DNA of 42,147 bases from a virus (taxonomy: Duplodnaviria > Caudoviricetes). The notes below the pieces were generated by a model that searched no databases, had not been told where the DNA came from, and worked only from the letters and a program-made list of their open reading frames with translations. Shown piece after piece: positions 1 through 7,917 of this stretch. The DNA lies in IMG/VR virus record IMGVR_UViG_3300032272_000030, positions 1-42,147 of that record. The stretch is one strand, 5' to 3'. The position numbers were made by a program, and so were the translations under genes. Each line of letters starts with the position of its first letter. The first letter of the stretch is position 1.

Positions 1-127
1 GGTCACCGAGGTGCATCTCCGCGGACCACTTCTTGGCGGACTTTTCTGCGGCCTCTTTGTGGGCGCCGGTGTAGTTGAAGCAGCCCGTGACCGTAGCGGC
101 CACGACGACACAGATGAGGGCAAGGCT
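1..127. repeat. 127-bp terminal direct repeat, copy 1 (identical to 42021-42147); probable circular-assembly overlap
   Basis: Exact identity of 1-127 with 42021-42147. An ORF reads through the junction in frame, and 127 is a common assembler k-mer length. Confidence 0.93.
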
Positions 128-154
128 TGTGGGTTTTTGCTTGAGGGGGTTCAT
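1..154 (-). CDS. 5' part of a Cys-rich lipoprotein that spans the circular junction (continues in 41854-42147)
   Basis: ATG at 154 (ATGA overlap with the upstream gene) gives MNPLKQKPTSLALICVVVAATVTG-C: basic N-region, hydrophobic stretch and lipobox VTGC. It is in frame with ORF 41854..42123. Confidence 0.8.
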   Translation of the reverse strand, partial: MNPLKQKPTSLALICVVVAATVTGCFNYTGAHKEAAEKSAKKWSAEMHLGD

Positions 155-318
155 TTCGAGGTATCTCCGCAGCGGGCGTGTACAGGTCCGTCGGAGGACG
201 GGCCGGTGTTGGGGTTCCTGAAGTAGATTGCGTACTGTCCCTTGATGATCGCCTTTCCGCAAGCGCGGCAGGGACTAGGGCAGCCGAGAACGGTTCTGAT
301 CGGGTCGTTGTCGCTCAT
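151..318 (-). CDS. 55-aa putative zinc-finger protein (CxxC...HxxC)
   Basis: Manual translation MSDNDPIRTVLGCPSPCRACGKAIIKGQYAIYFRNPNTGPSSDGPVHARCGDTSK; ATGA overlaps at both ends; too short for the ORF track. Confidence 0.7.
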   Translation of the reverse strand: MSDNDPIRTVLGCPSPCRACGKAIIKGQYAIYFRNPNTGPSSDGPVHARCGDTSK

Positions 319-1934
319 TTCAGATACGTCGCTGCGCTGAGCTTCTGCGGCTCTTGGTTCTGGGCTTCAAGGATCGCCGCGCTGTCTCGTGCGCGGCGCA
401 GGGCTTCCGTGTGGTACGGCACCGCTCGTGAGCGGATCCACCGCATCCGTATCGTATCGGCGCGCTGCCCTTCGCGATGGGTACGACCGATCAACTGCTC
501 GAGCAACTCAGCGTTCGGGCTCGGGCACAGTAGCAGATTTCGGTTGAACTGCTGCAGGTTCATCCCCACACCGCACGACCGCATCGAAGCGGATATTGTT
601 CCCGTACCCGGGTCTTTTTCGATGTGCTGCCCTGCCTGGCTACGGCCGTTCTTGCCGTAGTGCTGCATCAGCTTTCCGAGGCACTCCCCAACCGCGCGGT
701 ACTTGGACCAAACGATCGTGGGGTGCTCAGCAGTCGCGCGGATTGCCTCGGTCATGACCGCGTGATCCAGCCACACCGGGCTCGTTTGGATCTTGAACGA
801 AGGTTTCACGGCCAGCCAATGCGCGGCCTCGCGAGGGTGCGCCGCGGCAACCTGGGACTCGCTGTCCCAGGTATCGTTGTCCTCGTCCTCGAGCACCTCG
901 CGGACAAACCTGCACCAGTCGCGGCGCGCGTTCATCCAGTGCTCGGGAGGTAGAGGATCCCAGCGGTACCAGAAACCCAGCGCCAACTGGCACCGTACGT
1001 CCACCGACTCAGGGGGTGTGAGGGGGGTGCCATCGGGGCGCTCGTCCTGCGCCATGACGTTGCGGATCTCGTCCACACAGACCTCTGGCGCGTCCCAACG
1101 GGAGATCTCAATGGACGCTTTACAGCCGACCGCCTTGGTGCTCACCACGCCCGGGGTGTCACGGATCCACTTGCCAAGTGCGGCGTTCGTGTAATCCCGA
1201 CCGAAGTGTTTTGCCAGCGCACCTACGTCGGTAGGGGCGGACCCGTGATCAGGGTTCAGTGCCTGATCCCAGGTCTTGACCACCTCGATATCGAGAGGGA
1301 GCGGGGAGTTTTTGCCCAGCGCCCACATCGCGAGGTGTCGGTACGACTCAAGTTTCTCCCCTTGTGCGGTGCCTGACAGGCCGCAAAAGACAGTCTCAGG
1401 GGCGGCGCGGATGTAGCGCTCTACTCGTCGGGTGACGGCTGAGCTCCGGAACCTCAGGCGGTGGCACTCGTCAGCGACGATCAGGTCGGGCTTGAAGTTC
1501 GCGAGATCGTCCGCGTGGTGGGGGTGCCCCAAAGTCTCGTACCCCAGCACGTGAGGGACGCGAATCTCCCAGTGCTTCCGCATCTCGTTGATCTCTTCGT
1601 AGGTCCGCTCACGCAGCGCTGATGGGACCATCAGCACCGTCTTGTCCGCCTCGAGGATGGTGGCGAGGAGCAGAGTGATCAACGTCTTGCCCCCGCCCAC
1701 GCGGATCGGGGCGAGTAACCCGCGCTGCTCATACGCCTCCAGTAATGCCCGCGCCTGTGCTTCGCGCAGGGTCATCGTCCCACAGGGCAGTTTCAGCAGC
1801 TCGGTCACCTCGGCCGAGAAGTCTTGGTACTTCCGCCGTTTGAGTTTGACGATCCGCTGCAGATCGGGGGAGTCAACAACCGCCTTCTCCCGGCCCCGTC
1901 GCATCGCGGAGCCCATCGCGCTACCGATACCCAT
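315..1934 (-). CDS. superfamily 2 (SNF2/DEAH-like) helicase
   Basis: Walker A GGGKT, Walker B IVADECH, motif III LSGT, GVGMNLQ and motif VI QLIGRTHREGQ. Confidence 0.9.
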   Translation of the reverse strand: MGIGSAMGSAMRRGREKAVVDSPDLQRIVKLKRRKYQDFSAEVTELLKLPCGTMTLREAQARALLEAYEQRGLLAPIRVGGGKTLITLLLATILEADKTVLMVPSALRERTYEEINEMRKHWEIRVPHVLGYETLGHPHHADDLANFKPDLIVADECHRLRFRSSAVTRRVERYIRAAPETVFCGLSGTAQGEKLESYRHLAMWALGKNSPLPLDIEVVKTWDQALNPDHGSAPTDVGALAKHFGRDYTNAALGKWIRDTPGVVSTKAVGCKASIEISRWDAPEVCVDEIRNVMAQDERPDGTPLTPPESVDVRCQLALGFWYRWDPLPPEHWMNARRDWCRFVREVLEDEDNDTWDSESQVAAAHPREAAHWLAVKPSFKIQTSPVWLDHAVMTEAIRATAEHPTIVWSKYRAVGECLGKLMQHYGKNGRSQAGQHIEKDPGTGTISASMRSCGVGMNLQQFNRNLLLCPSPNAELLEQLIGRTHREGQRADTIRMRWIRSRAVPYHTEALRRARDSAAILEAQNQEPQKLSAATYLK

Positions 1935-2158
1935 CAGGGCGTATTCACTTTGGTCAAGGTGCGGCTGTACACCTCACGCTTCGTTGCCTTCGCTACCCGC
2001 ACAGCTTCGTCGTAGTGTGGCCAATCTGCGGGGTCACCACCTCTTGCCCGCCTAGCCTCGTGCTCGGCGATGGCGACCTGCAACCGGGCTGCGTACCGTG
2101 CGAGCTGTCGGGGGCTCATCGTCAAGATCTCGCTCGCTGTCTTTGTTCTTGGCATCAT
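1934..2158 (-). CDS. small hypothetical protein (about 74 aa, MMPRTKTASEIL...)
   Basis: The stop overlaps the helicase ATG (TGATG). Start placed at the ATG after an A-rich leader, because the longer ORF-track start lies inside the tRNA-like RNA. Confidence 0.6.
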   Translation of the reverse strand: MMPRTKTASEILTMSPRQLARYAARLQVAIAEHEARRARGGDPADWPHYDEAVRVAKATKREVYSRTLTKVNTP

Positions 2159-2167
2159 CTCTCGCTC

Positions 2168-2198
2168 TTTGTTCTTGTTCTTGTTCTTGTTCTTGTTC
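2168..2198. repeat. hexamer microsatellite (AAGAAC) x about 5 on the minus strand; unstructured leader
   Basis: ttgttc repeated directly between the tRNA-like RNA and the next start codon. Confidence 0.85.
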
Positions 2199-2203
2199 TG
2201 GGT

Positions 2204-2299
2204 TGGCCGCGGGTGGGATTTGAACCCACGAACCCTGCCTTGCGGCTGTTGGGTCCCTGCGACAAAACAGGGCGCTTCGACCTCTTGCATACCGCGGCC
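2204..2299 (-). tRNA. non-canonical tRNA-like RNA: 8-bp acceptor stem, 5-bp T stem, 8-nt anticodon loop, long variable arm, no encoded CCA
   Basis: Minus strand reads GGCCGCGG-TA-TGC AAGAGGTCGAA GCG-CCCTG TTTTGTCG CAGGG-ACCCAACAGCC GCAA GGCAGGGTTC-GTGGG TTCAAAT CCCAC-CCGCGGCC-A. It has a canonical T loop and GG in the D loop. Amino-acid identity cannot be assigned. Confidence 0.75.
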
Positions 2300-2305
2300 G
2301 GGGGG

Positions 2306-3607
2306 TCAATCTGTGGTGAGCTGGGATGCCAGCAGCAGTACCAACACCCGCTCTCGATTGTTCAACGGCTCGAGTATTGCGGTCACCTCGATCAGTGCCT
2401 TGAGCTCGTTCGAGAAGGTGTCCGGCAAGCTGCCGCCGCGGGGTTTCCCGACGTCAGCGCGGGGTTTCTTGGTCGCCTTCTTGGCAGCCTTCTTGGCGCG
2501 TGGCGCCTTCTCCTCGTTGGTGCGGGTGTCCGCCTTCTCCTCTGCGCTGTCTTGGGTCGGCGCAGCGGCAGCGGTCGCCTTCTCCTCGGGCGCCTTCTCC
2601 TCTGTGCTGTCTTGGGTCGGCGCAGCGGCAGCGGTCGCCTTCTCCTCGGGCGCCTTCTCCTCGGGCGCCTTCTCCTCGGGCGCCTTCTCCTCGGGCGCCT
2701 TCTCCTCTGCGCTGTCTTGGGTCGGCGCAGCGGCAGCGGCAGCGGCCGCCTTCTCCTCTGCTGCCTTCCGTTTGGCTGCTTGCTTCTGGCGGAGTTTCTT
2801 GAGGGTGGGGTTTTCGGTATCGGACATCAGTGAGCCTATCGATGGTTTTGGTGGGGAGCAGCGGGCCATGTACGGGCAGGGTTTGCCGAACGCGCTGCAG
2901 TGGGAGGTTGTGCGGGGCTGTTCTTCGGTCAGCTGTTGGTACGCAGCGACGATCGCCAGCCCGTCTGTCTCGTGGAGGGTTACCATGCGCGCCGCGGTCT
3001 CATTCCCGGTTTCTGCAAAAGAAACGAGGCGCGTCGTGTAGGGCTTCGCGGTGCAGCCGTAGCCCCAATCAGCCCGGACAGTACCGTCGTGCATCTTACG
3101 CCCAAAGCGGTGCGCGTAGATGATCCGCTGCGGATCCTCAGCGAGCTCGTCCTCAGTCTTGGCCCACTGGAGATTCCCCGAGGTCTTGTGGTCGCGGACG
3201 ACCTTCATACTGCCCTCCCACCACGACGCGTCGATGAAGCCGTGATAGACCGCCCAGTCCTTGCCGCCCGGCGTCCCCATTGAGAAGGCGAAATGCTCCT
3301 CTACCCGGAGCTGAATAGCCTCGGTCTGGTGGTGGGTCGGCAGCGTGCCCAGCATCCTCGTGGCGATGTCGCCGGCCTTGGTGCCCGCCTCCGAGGGCGG
3401 CACGCCGCGGAGCAGCCACCGCTCGAGCAGAGCGTGTACGGCGGTACCCAGCGCGGCCGCGGCCCCCGCAGGATCGGGCAATTTGTCCACGTACTGGTAC
3501 GACCACCGCCGCCGACACGCACGCCACTTGACGATGCTGGACGGCGAGATCAGCCGGCCCTGTTGACGGGCCTCTTGAGCAAGCGGTGGGAGCGGGGGAC
3601 GGCTCAT
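2306..3607 (-). CDS. PD-(D/E)XK RecB/Cas4-like exonuclease with a repetitive Ala/Glu/Lys C-terminal tail
   Basis: ISPSSI...CRRRW, VEEHF, GFIDA, DHKT, QRIIYA and C-terminal C-x6-CPY-x3-C (1+3 Cys pattern of Fe-S staple nucleases). Start at ATG 3607, which has an ATGA overlap. Confidence 0.85.
   Translation of the reverse strand: MSRPPLPPLAQEARQQGRLISPSSIVKWRACRRRWSYQYVDKLPDPAGAAAALGTAVHALLERWLLRGVPPSEAGTKAGDIATRMLGTLPTHHQTEAIQLRVEEHFAFSMGTPGGKDWAVYHGFIDASWWEGSMKVVRDHKTSGNLQWAKTEDELAEDPQRIIYAHRFGRKMHDGTVRADWGYGCTAKPYTTRLVSFAETGNETAARMVTLHETDGLAIVAAYQQLTEEQPRTTSHCSAFGKPCPYMARCSPPKPSIGSLMSDTENPTLKKLRQKQAAKRKAAEEKAAAAAAAAPTQDSAEEKAPEEKAPEEKAPEEKAPEEKATAAAAPTQDSTEEKAPEEKATAAAAPTQDSAEEKADTRTNEEKAPRAKKAAKKATKKPRADVGKPRGGSLPDTFSNELKALIEVTAILEPLNNRERVLVLLLASQLTTD
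2532..2760. repeat. in-frame nested 15-bp (APEEK) and about 60-bp tandem repeats in the exonuclease tail
   Basis: gccttctcctcgggc repeated; the block ctgtcttgggtcggcgcagcggcagcgg occurs three times. Confidence 0.9.
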
Positions 3608-3897
3608 GATGTTGCCTCGTCGGCGGTGCAATTCCCCCGGGCAGCCTCGGCCTCTGCCTCTCGGTAGTAGCGGCGGACCGCAAGGAACCCCGTGTCACCT
3701 GGGTGCAGGTACCGACCGCACGCCGCACCTGCACGACACTCCAGCCCGTGCCCGGCGGGCTCGAAACCGCAGTCGCCCTTGCAGCCGATCGCGCCCTCGG
3801 GCCAGACCGGGAGCGTGGGCGTGCTGCCACCAGTTCCGGTCGCGCCGTGGAGGCCGTCAGATTTCACGCAGCCGTGGCGCTGTTCGTGCGGTGCCAT
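3604..3897 (-). CDS. 97-aa Cys/His-rich hypothetical protein
   Basis: ATGA overlap with the exonuclease start; TAGTGGTATACCACC lies 4 nt before its ATG. Confidence 0.6.
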   Translation of the reverse strand: MAPHEQRHGCVKSDGLHGATGTGGSTPTLPVWPEGAIGCKGDCGFEPAGHGLECRAGAACGRYLHPGDTGFLAVRRYYREAEAEAARGNCTADEATS

Positions 3898-3902
3898 CGG
3901 TG

Positions 3903-3914
3903 GTGGTATACCAC
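3903..3914. promoter_or_regulatory. palindrome GTGGTATACCAC; putative operator or extended -10
   Basis: Perfect 12-bp palindrome, repeated at 11838-11849, with related cores at about 4195-4205 and 10536-10543. Confidence 0.55.
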
Positions 3915-4129
3915 TACGGCTTGGTGGCGTCCACGTCTAAATCGTCGCACCCCATCAGCTCGCGGGCCAGTGCTCCCACCGATCGCCCCGTCTCTTTCGC
4001 AGCCTGCTTGAGTGCCTCCTTGAAGGCGCGAGGCACCCGAAACTGCAAAGGTACAGCTGCGTCGGCACTGCGCCGAGCTGCGTCCTTCTTTGGGCCTTCG
4101 GGTTTCTCGTTGCTGCGGGAAGTATCCAT
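3914..4129 (-). CDS. ribbon-helix-helix (Arc/CopG-like) DNA-binding regulator
   Basis: PLQFRVPRAFKEALKQAAKETGRSVGALARELM fits the RHH strand-helix-GxS-helix pattern. TACCTT (-10-like) lies 5 nt before the ATG. The gene is divergent from the primase. Confidence 0.8.
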   Translation of the reverse strand: MDTSRSNEKPEGPKKDAARRSADAAVPLQFRVPRAFKEALKQAAKETGRSVGALARELMGCDDLDVDATKP

Positions 4130-4192
4130 CGGGTAAGGTAGTTGCGCGGGAGCGGCACCTACCACAGCGCCGCTCCCGCTCCGAAAGCTACG

Positions 4193-6625
4193 ATGAGTAT
4201 ACCACAAGACACCCAGCATTTCATCTACCACTTGACCGGGCATTCGGGAGAGGCGTGCGCGTTCGCCTGTCTCGACGACAACCCCCACCACCCGGACAGG
4301 GAACCTCTCCCTGCAATAGACCACTTCGGCACGCTAGAGCAGGTTTGGCCCGCTCTAAAGGAGGCAAATGACCGAGGTTACGGGATATTTGTAGCTATAA
4401 ATGCTATATCTAAGCTCCCGCGGCGTAACGAGAACGTAACCCGTGTGCGCGCGGTCTTCGCGGATTTCGACGCCAAGCACGGGCAGGCGCCTCCGGCGGT
4501 GTGGCCACTGCCGCCTTCGCTGATCGTCAAGTCCGGGGGCGGGTTCCACGCGTACTGGCTCTGTACCCCGGGATCGCCGGTGCCGCTGGATCGGTTCAAC
4601 GTGCTGCAGGGCCGCCTGGCCAAGCGGCTCGGCTCCGACGCCCAGGGGACCAAGGGGTTGCCGCGGCTGATGCGGCTGCCCGGCACCGATCACCACAAGA
4701 CGGACACGCCGCGGCCCGTGGAGCTGCTCAAGCGCAGCTCGGACGTCCACCAGCTCCATGCCATCGAGAGCGCGCTCCCTGATCCTCGGCTCGTTGACGG
4801 TGCGCGTGCCCTCTCCCGAGGGTGGAAAGCGGGGCAGGGTCACGACTCTTGCCTTGCGCTGGCCGGGGCGCTGGCCCGTGCGGAATGGGACATCGATCGG
4901 GCCCTTCTCTTCGTCAACATGGTCTGCGAGATGGCAGGCATGCTCGGCCCCGAGAATGGCGAGGTCACCGACACCTTCACTCGCCATGGCGATGGGGTGC
5001 GGGTCACCGGGTGGAGCGCGCTCATTGCCTTGGTCGGAAAGAAACCGGTCGCCGAGTGCCGGGAAGCCCTCGGTGAGCTCGCGCTGCGGCAAGACAAGCC
5101 TATCGTCTGGGTTGGTGCCGAAGAGGCCAAGGTTGCTCGAGAGATGCTCGGGCACCTGGTAGCCAACGGCGCGACCTTCGTGCGTGGTGGCTCTCTGGTC
5201 TACGCAGCTCGAGATGCGCAGGTGGGGATTCGCATCTACCGCTACACGCGCAACTCACTGCGCTCGCACCTGACCGATGTGATCACCTGCGTACGCCCCG
5301 CTGCGAGCAGCGACTCGGCGCCCGTCCAGCTCGCGCCCCCTGACGCGATCGTGCTCGCGATCATCGACACCCCTACGCTCTGGGAGGCGGTCCCGAGTCT
5401 GGTCGGTGTGGTGGACTACCCTGTGCTGACGCCCTCTGGGCGCATCCTCGTAGGGCAGGGGTACGACGAGGAGACCGGGTTGTGGATGGATAGTGAGAGC
5501 CCCGAGACCGTCCCTCTTTCCGATGCTGTGGAGGTGCTCAACGAGCCCCTCTGCGACTTCCCTCTCACCGACCAGGGGCGCGCTGGTGTCTTGGCTCTGG
5601 TGCTCACGATCCTCACACGGCCGGCGATCCGCGGCGCAACCCCGGCCTTTGTTTTCGACAGCAACGCCCCTCGCGTCGGCAAGAAAAAGCTGGTCGACGT
5701 CGCCTGCCTCATCGCAACCGGCCGCCCGGCGGCTGTCACGGTGCAGCCCTACAACGACGATGAGATGCGCAAGCGGGTCTTGGCGATTCTCGAAAGCGGA
5801 GCATCGGTCGCCCTTGTCGACGACTGCAAGCGGAGCATCGGTGGAGGTGTTGTCGATCCCCTGCTCACCGCCTTTCCGTCCTACTCCGATCGCCGGCTCG
5901 GTGTCTCTGAACTCGTGGACGTCCCCGCCGAGACGGTCTGGACCTTCACCGGCACCAACGTGGAGATCCGCGACCACACCGCGAATCGCATCATCCCGAT
6001 CCGCGCGACGACTGACCTCGAGGACCCCTCTCGGCGCGGGGACTTCCGCCACCCCCAGCTCGAGACCTACGTGCGGGAGAACACCCCGCTCTTTCGCGGT
6101 GCTGCCATCGCACTGATCAAGGGGTGGATTGCCGCAGGCTCACCAGCAGACCCGAGCATGGCACCGATGGGTTCGTACGAGGCGTGGGGCAGTGTTGTCC
6201 GGGCGATCTTGCTCTGGGCTGGAGTGATCGACCCTGTACCTGCTACGGCGCAGACCTCCACCGAGCTGGGCGGCGCGGCGCTGCTGTACGACGAGATTGA
6301 GCGGCTCGCCGCGGGCGACGACGGGACCCCGCTGGTCATCGCAGGCGAGCAGTACCGAGGGCTGCGCACGCTCTCGATCATCCGCCTCGCCATCGGGGCC
6401 GGGGGCTTTGCTGCTCTGGGGGCTGGGGGGAACCCAGCGCTCGACGAGGCCCTCGCTCACCTTGTTGCGGGGGAGAGGACTCCGCGGCGTGTGGGGTTCA
6501 TGCTGCGCACGCTCAAGGGGCGCGTGATCTCCGATGGCGAGGGGCGGCGAAGGGCTCTCCAGAGCGCCCGCGCTCGGGACAACACCTCCGTGTGGTACTT
6601 GCAGCCTCTGGGAGGCAAACTGTGA
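4193..6625 (+). CDS. primase-helicase: RepB'-like AEP primase domain plus C-terminal P-loop domain
   Basis: RVRAVFADFD, KSGGGFHAYW and PRLMRLPGT primase motifs; degenerate Walker A (APRVGKK) and Walker B-like ALVDD. Confidence 0.85.
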   Translation: MSIPQDTQHFIYHLTGHSGEACAFACLDDNPHHPDREPLPAIDHFGTLEQVWPALKEANDRGYGIFVAINAISKLPRRNENVTRVRAVFADFDAKHGQAPPAVWPLPPSLIVKSGGGFHAYWLCTPGSPVPLDRFNVLQGRLAKRLGSDAQGTKGLPRLMRLPGTDHHKTDTPRPVELLKRSSDVHQLHAIESALPDPRLVDGARALSRGWKAGQGHDSCLALAGALARAEWDIDRALLFVNMVCEMAGMLGPENGEVTDTFTRHGDGVRVTGWSALIALVGKKPVAECREALGELALRQDKPIVWVGAEEAKVAREMLGHLVANGATFVRGGSLVYAARDAQVGIRIYRYTRNSLRSHLTDVITCVRPAASSDSAPVQLAPPDAIVLAIIDTPTLWEAVPSLVGVVDYPVLTPSGRILVGQGYDEETGLWMDSESPETVPLSDAVEVLNEPLCDFPLTDQGRAGVLALVLTILTRPAIRGATPAFVFDSNAPRVGKKKLVDVACLIATGRPAAVTVQPYNDDEMRKRVLAILESGASVALVDDCKRSIGGGVVDPLLTAFPSYSDRRLGVSELVDVPAETVWTFTGTNVEIRDHTANRIIPIRATTDLEDPSRRGDFRHPQLETYVRENTPLFRGAAIALIKGWIAAGSPADPSMAPMGSYEAWGSVVRAILLWAGVIDPVPATAQTSTELGGAALLYDEIERLAAGDDGTPLVIAGEQYRGLRTLSIIRLAIGAGGFAALGAGGNPALDEALAHLVAGERTPRRVGFMLRTLKGRVISDGEGRRRALQSARARDNTSVWYLQPLGGKL

Positions 6626-7236
6626 TCGCAGCTTTGTTCGTGGACCGTAGGGGTCCGTACGCTCGAGACGCCTTCGATTGGTGGGATGTTGCGCGGGATG
6701 CTCGGCTATACGACGGGCCTCACCGGGTGATCGCCCACCCACCATGTAAGCGGTGGGGTAGGTACTGGTCGGGCGGCCCATCCGCGAAGGTCCGGCGCAA
6801 GCTTGGAGACGATTCGGGGTGCTTTGCGTCAGCGCTTGCGAGCGTGAGACGTTGGGGCGGGGTGCTCGAGCACCCCGAGGCGAGCCATGCGTTCGCTACA
6901 CATGGCCTTGTGCGACCCCCGAGGACTGGGGGTTGGGTTGCATCTGGTGAAGGGGGTTGGGTCTGTTGTGTCGAGCAAGGCCACTACGGACACGCAGCAC
7001 GAAAGGCGACTTGGCTCTTTGTCTACACCGGAGGGGTTGCTCCGGGGAATCTTCGTTGGGGTCCCTCATCGGGGAAAGTCCGTTTAGATCCAGGCTTCCA
7101 CTCTGCGGCCGAGCGTGCTGCCGCTTCACCTGAACGACGGAAGATCAAGCGACTGACCGAGCGCGAGCGCATCGAAACCCCCGTTCCCTTCGTCAAGTTG
7201 CTCACCCGGTTGGCGAGCTTGCAACCACTGGACTGA
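6622..7236 (+). CDS. compact DNA cytosine-5 methyltransferase-like protein
   Basis: N-terminal IAALFV, catalytic-like AHPPC (motif IV), VLEHP (motif VI) and Q..YGH.ARKATWL (motif VIII-like); GTGA overlap with the primase stop. Confidence 0.7.
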   Translation: MIAALFVDRRGPYARDAFDWWDVARDARLYDGPHRVIAHPPCKRWGRYWSGGPSAKVRRKLGDDSGCFASALASVRRWGGVLEHPEASHAFATHGLVRPPRTGGWVASGEGGWVCCVEQGHYGHAARKATWLFVYTGGVAPGNLRWGPSSGKVRLDPGFHSAAERAAASPERRKIKRLTERERIETPVPFVKLLTRLASLQPLD

Positions 7237-7291
7237 GAGGCTATCGTTCCGGCTCACCCACCGCGGTACCTGAGACTGCGAGGGGTTCGCT

Positions 7292-7328
7292 ACCCGCCCA
7301 GCCCGCCAGTTGGGCGGGTTTGCTTTTG
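7292..7328 (+). terminator. intrinsic terminator after the primase-methyltransferase operon
   Basis: ACCCGCCCAGC-ccgcca-GTTGGGCGGGT stem followed by TTGCTTTT. Confidence 0.7.
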
Positions 7329-7553
7329 GGGTCTTTGATAATTTCCCTATTGTGTGGCGGGGTGGATCCCGAGCTGGGTTTCTGTAGCGACCGCCGCTCG
7401 AGAATCTGGACCTGCGCGTTTAGAGGCACGCGCGCGTTTCCGCGGCGGAATCTGATTTCAGAATTGCAATTAAATTCTCATTCTGGAATCGCCCTCGAGC
7501 CGAGCTCGGTTTTTGTGCCGAGCTCGGTCATCCGCCGGACCTGTGCGCACAAC

Positions 7554-7601
7554 GCGCAGTGCGGCGGCTGCGCAGTGCGGTGGTTGCGCAGTGCGGTGGT
7601 T
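7554..7601. repeat. three tandem 16-bp repeats GCGCAGTGCGGYGGYT
   Basis: Units at 7554, 7570 and 7586. Confidence 0.9.
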
Positions 7602-7850
7602 GCGCCGCTCGAGATGACCCAGCGCCGCACGAGGTGACCCAGCGCCGCTCGAGATGACCCAGTGCCGCTCGAGATGACCCAGCGCCGCACGAGGTGACCC
7701 AGCGCCGCACGAGGTGACCCAGCGCCGCTCGAGATGACCCAGCGCCGCACGAGGTGACCCAGCGCCGCTCGAGATGACCCAGCGCCGCTCGAGATGACCC
7801 AGCGCCGCACGAGGTGACCCAGCGCCGCTCGAGATGACCCAGCGCCGCAC
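7601..7850. repeat. 12.5 tandem 20-bp repeats in two variants (AGCGCCGCTCGAGATGACCC and AGCGCCGCACGAGGTGACCC); iteron-like
   Basis: Exact 20-bp period with no spacers, in a non-coding region between convergent operons and near an AT-rich tract at about 7449-7489. Confidence 0.95.
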
Positions 7851-7852
7851 GG

Positions 7853-7890
7853 ACGAAAGCCCCGGCCCCGGGAAGGGTCGGGGCTTTCGT
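7853..7890 (-). terminator. long hairpin ending the minus-strand accessory operon (possibly bidirectional)
   Basis: ACGAAAGCCCCGGCCC-cgggaa-GGGTCGGGGCTTTCGT, just past the stop at 7918; shares GCCCCG...CGGGGCTTTCG with the cassette hairpins. Confidence 0.7.
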
Positions 7891-7917
7891 GCACAGCTGA
7901 GTCGGTGCGGCGCAGGT

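Noticed and set aside
1-127. Biological direct terminal repeat (T7-like DTR)
   Set aside because: It falls in the middle of a gene and its length equals a common assembly k-mer, so a circular-overlap artefact is more likely.
2204-2299. tRNA-Sec, tRNA-His or an attP-associated tRNA fragment
   Set aside because: It has no UCA or GUG anticodon and no Sec-type 6-bp D stem, and there is no integrase nearby.
7601-7850. CRISPR or mini-CRISPR array
   Set aside because: The units are head-to-tail with no unique spacers. The only Cas-like gene is a Cas4/RecB-type nuclease, which is common in phage replication modules.
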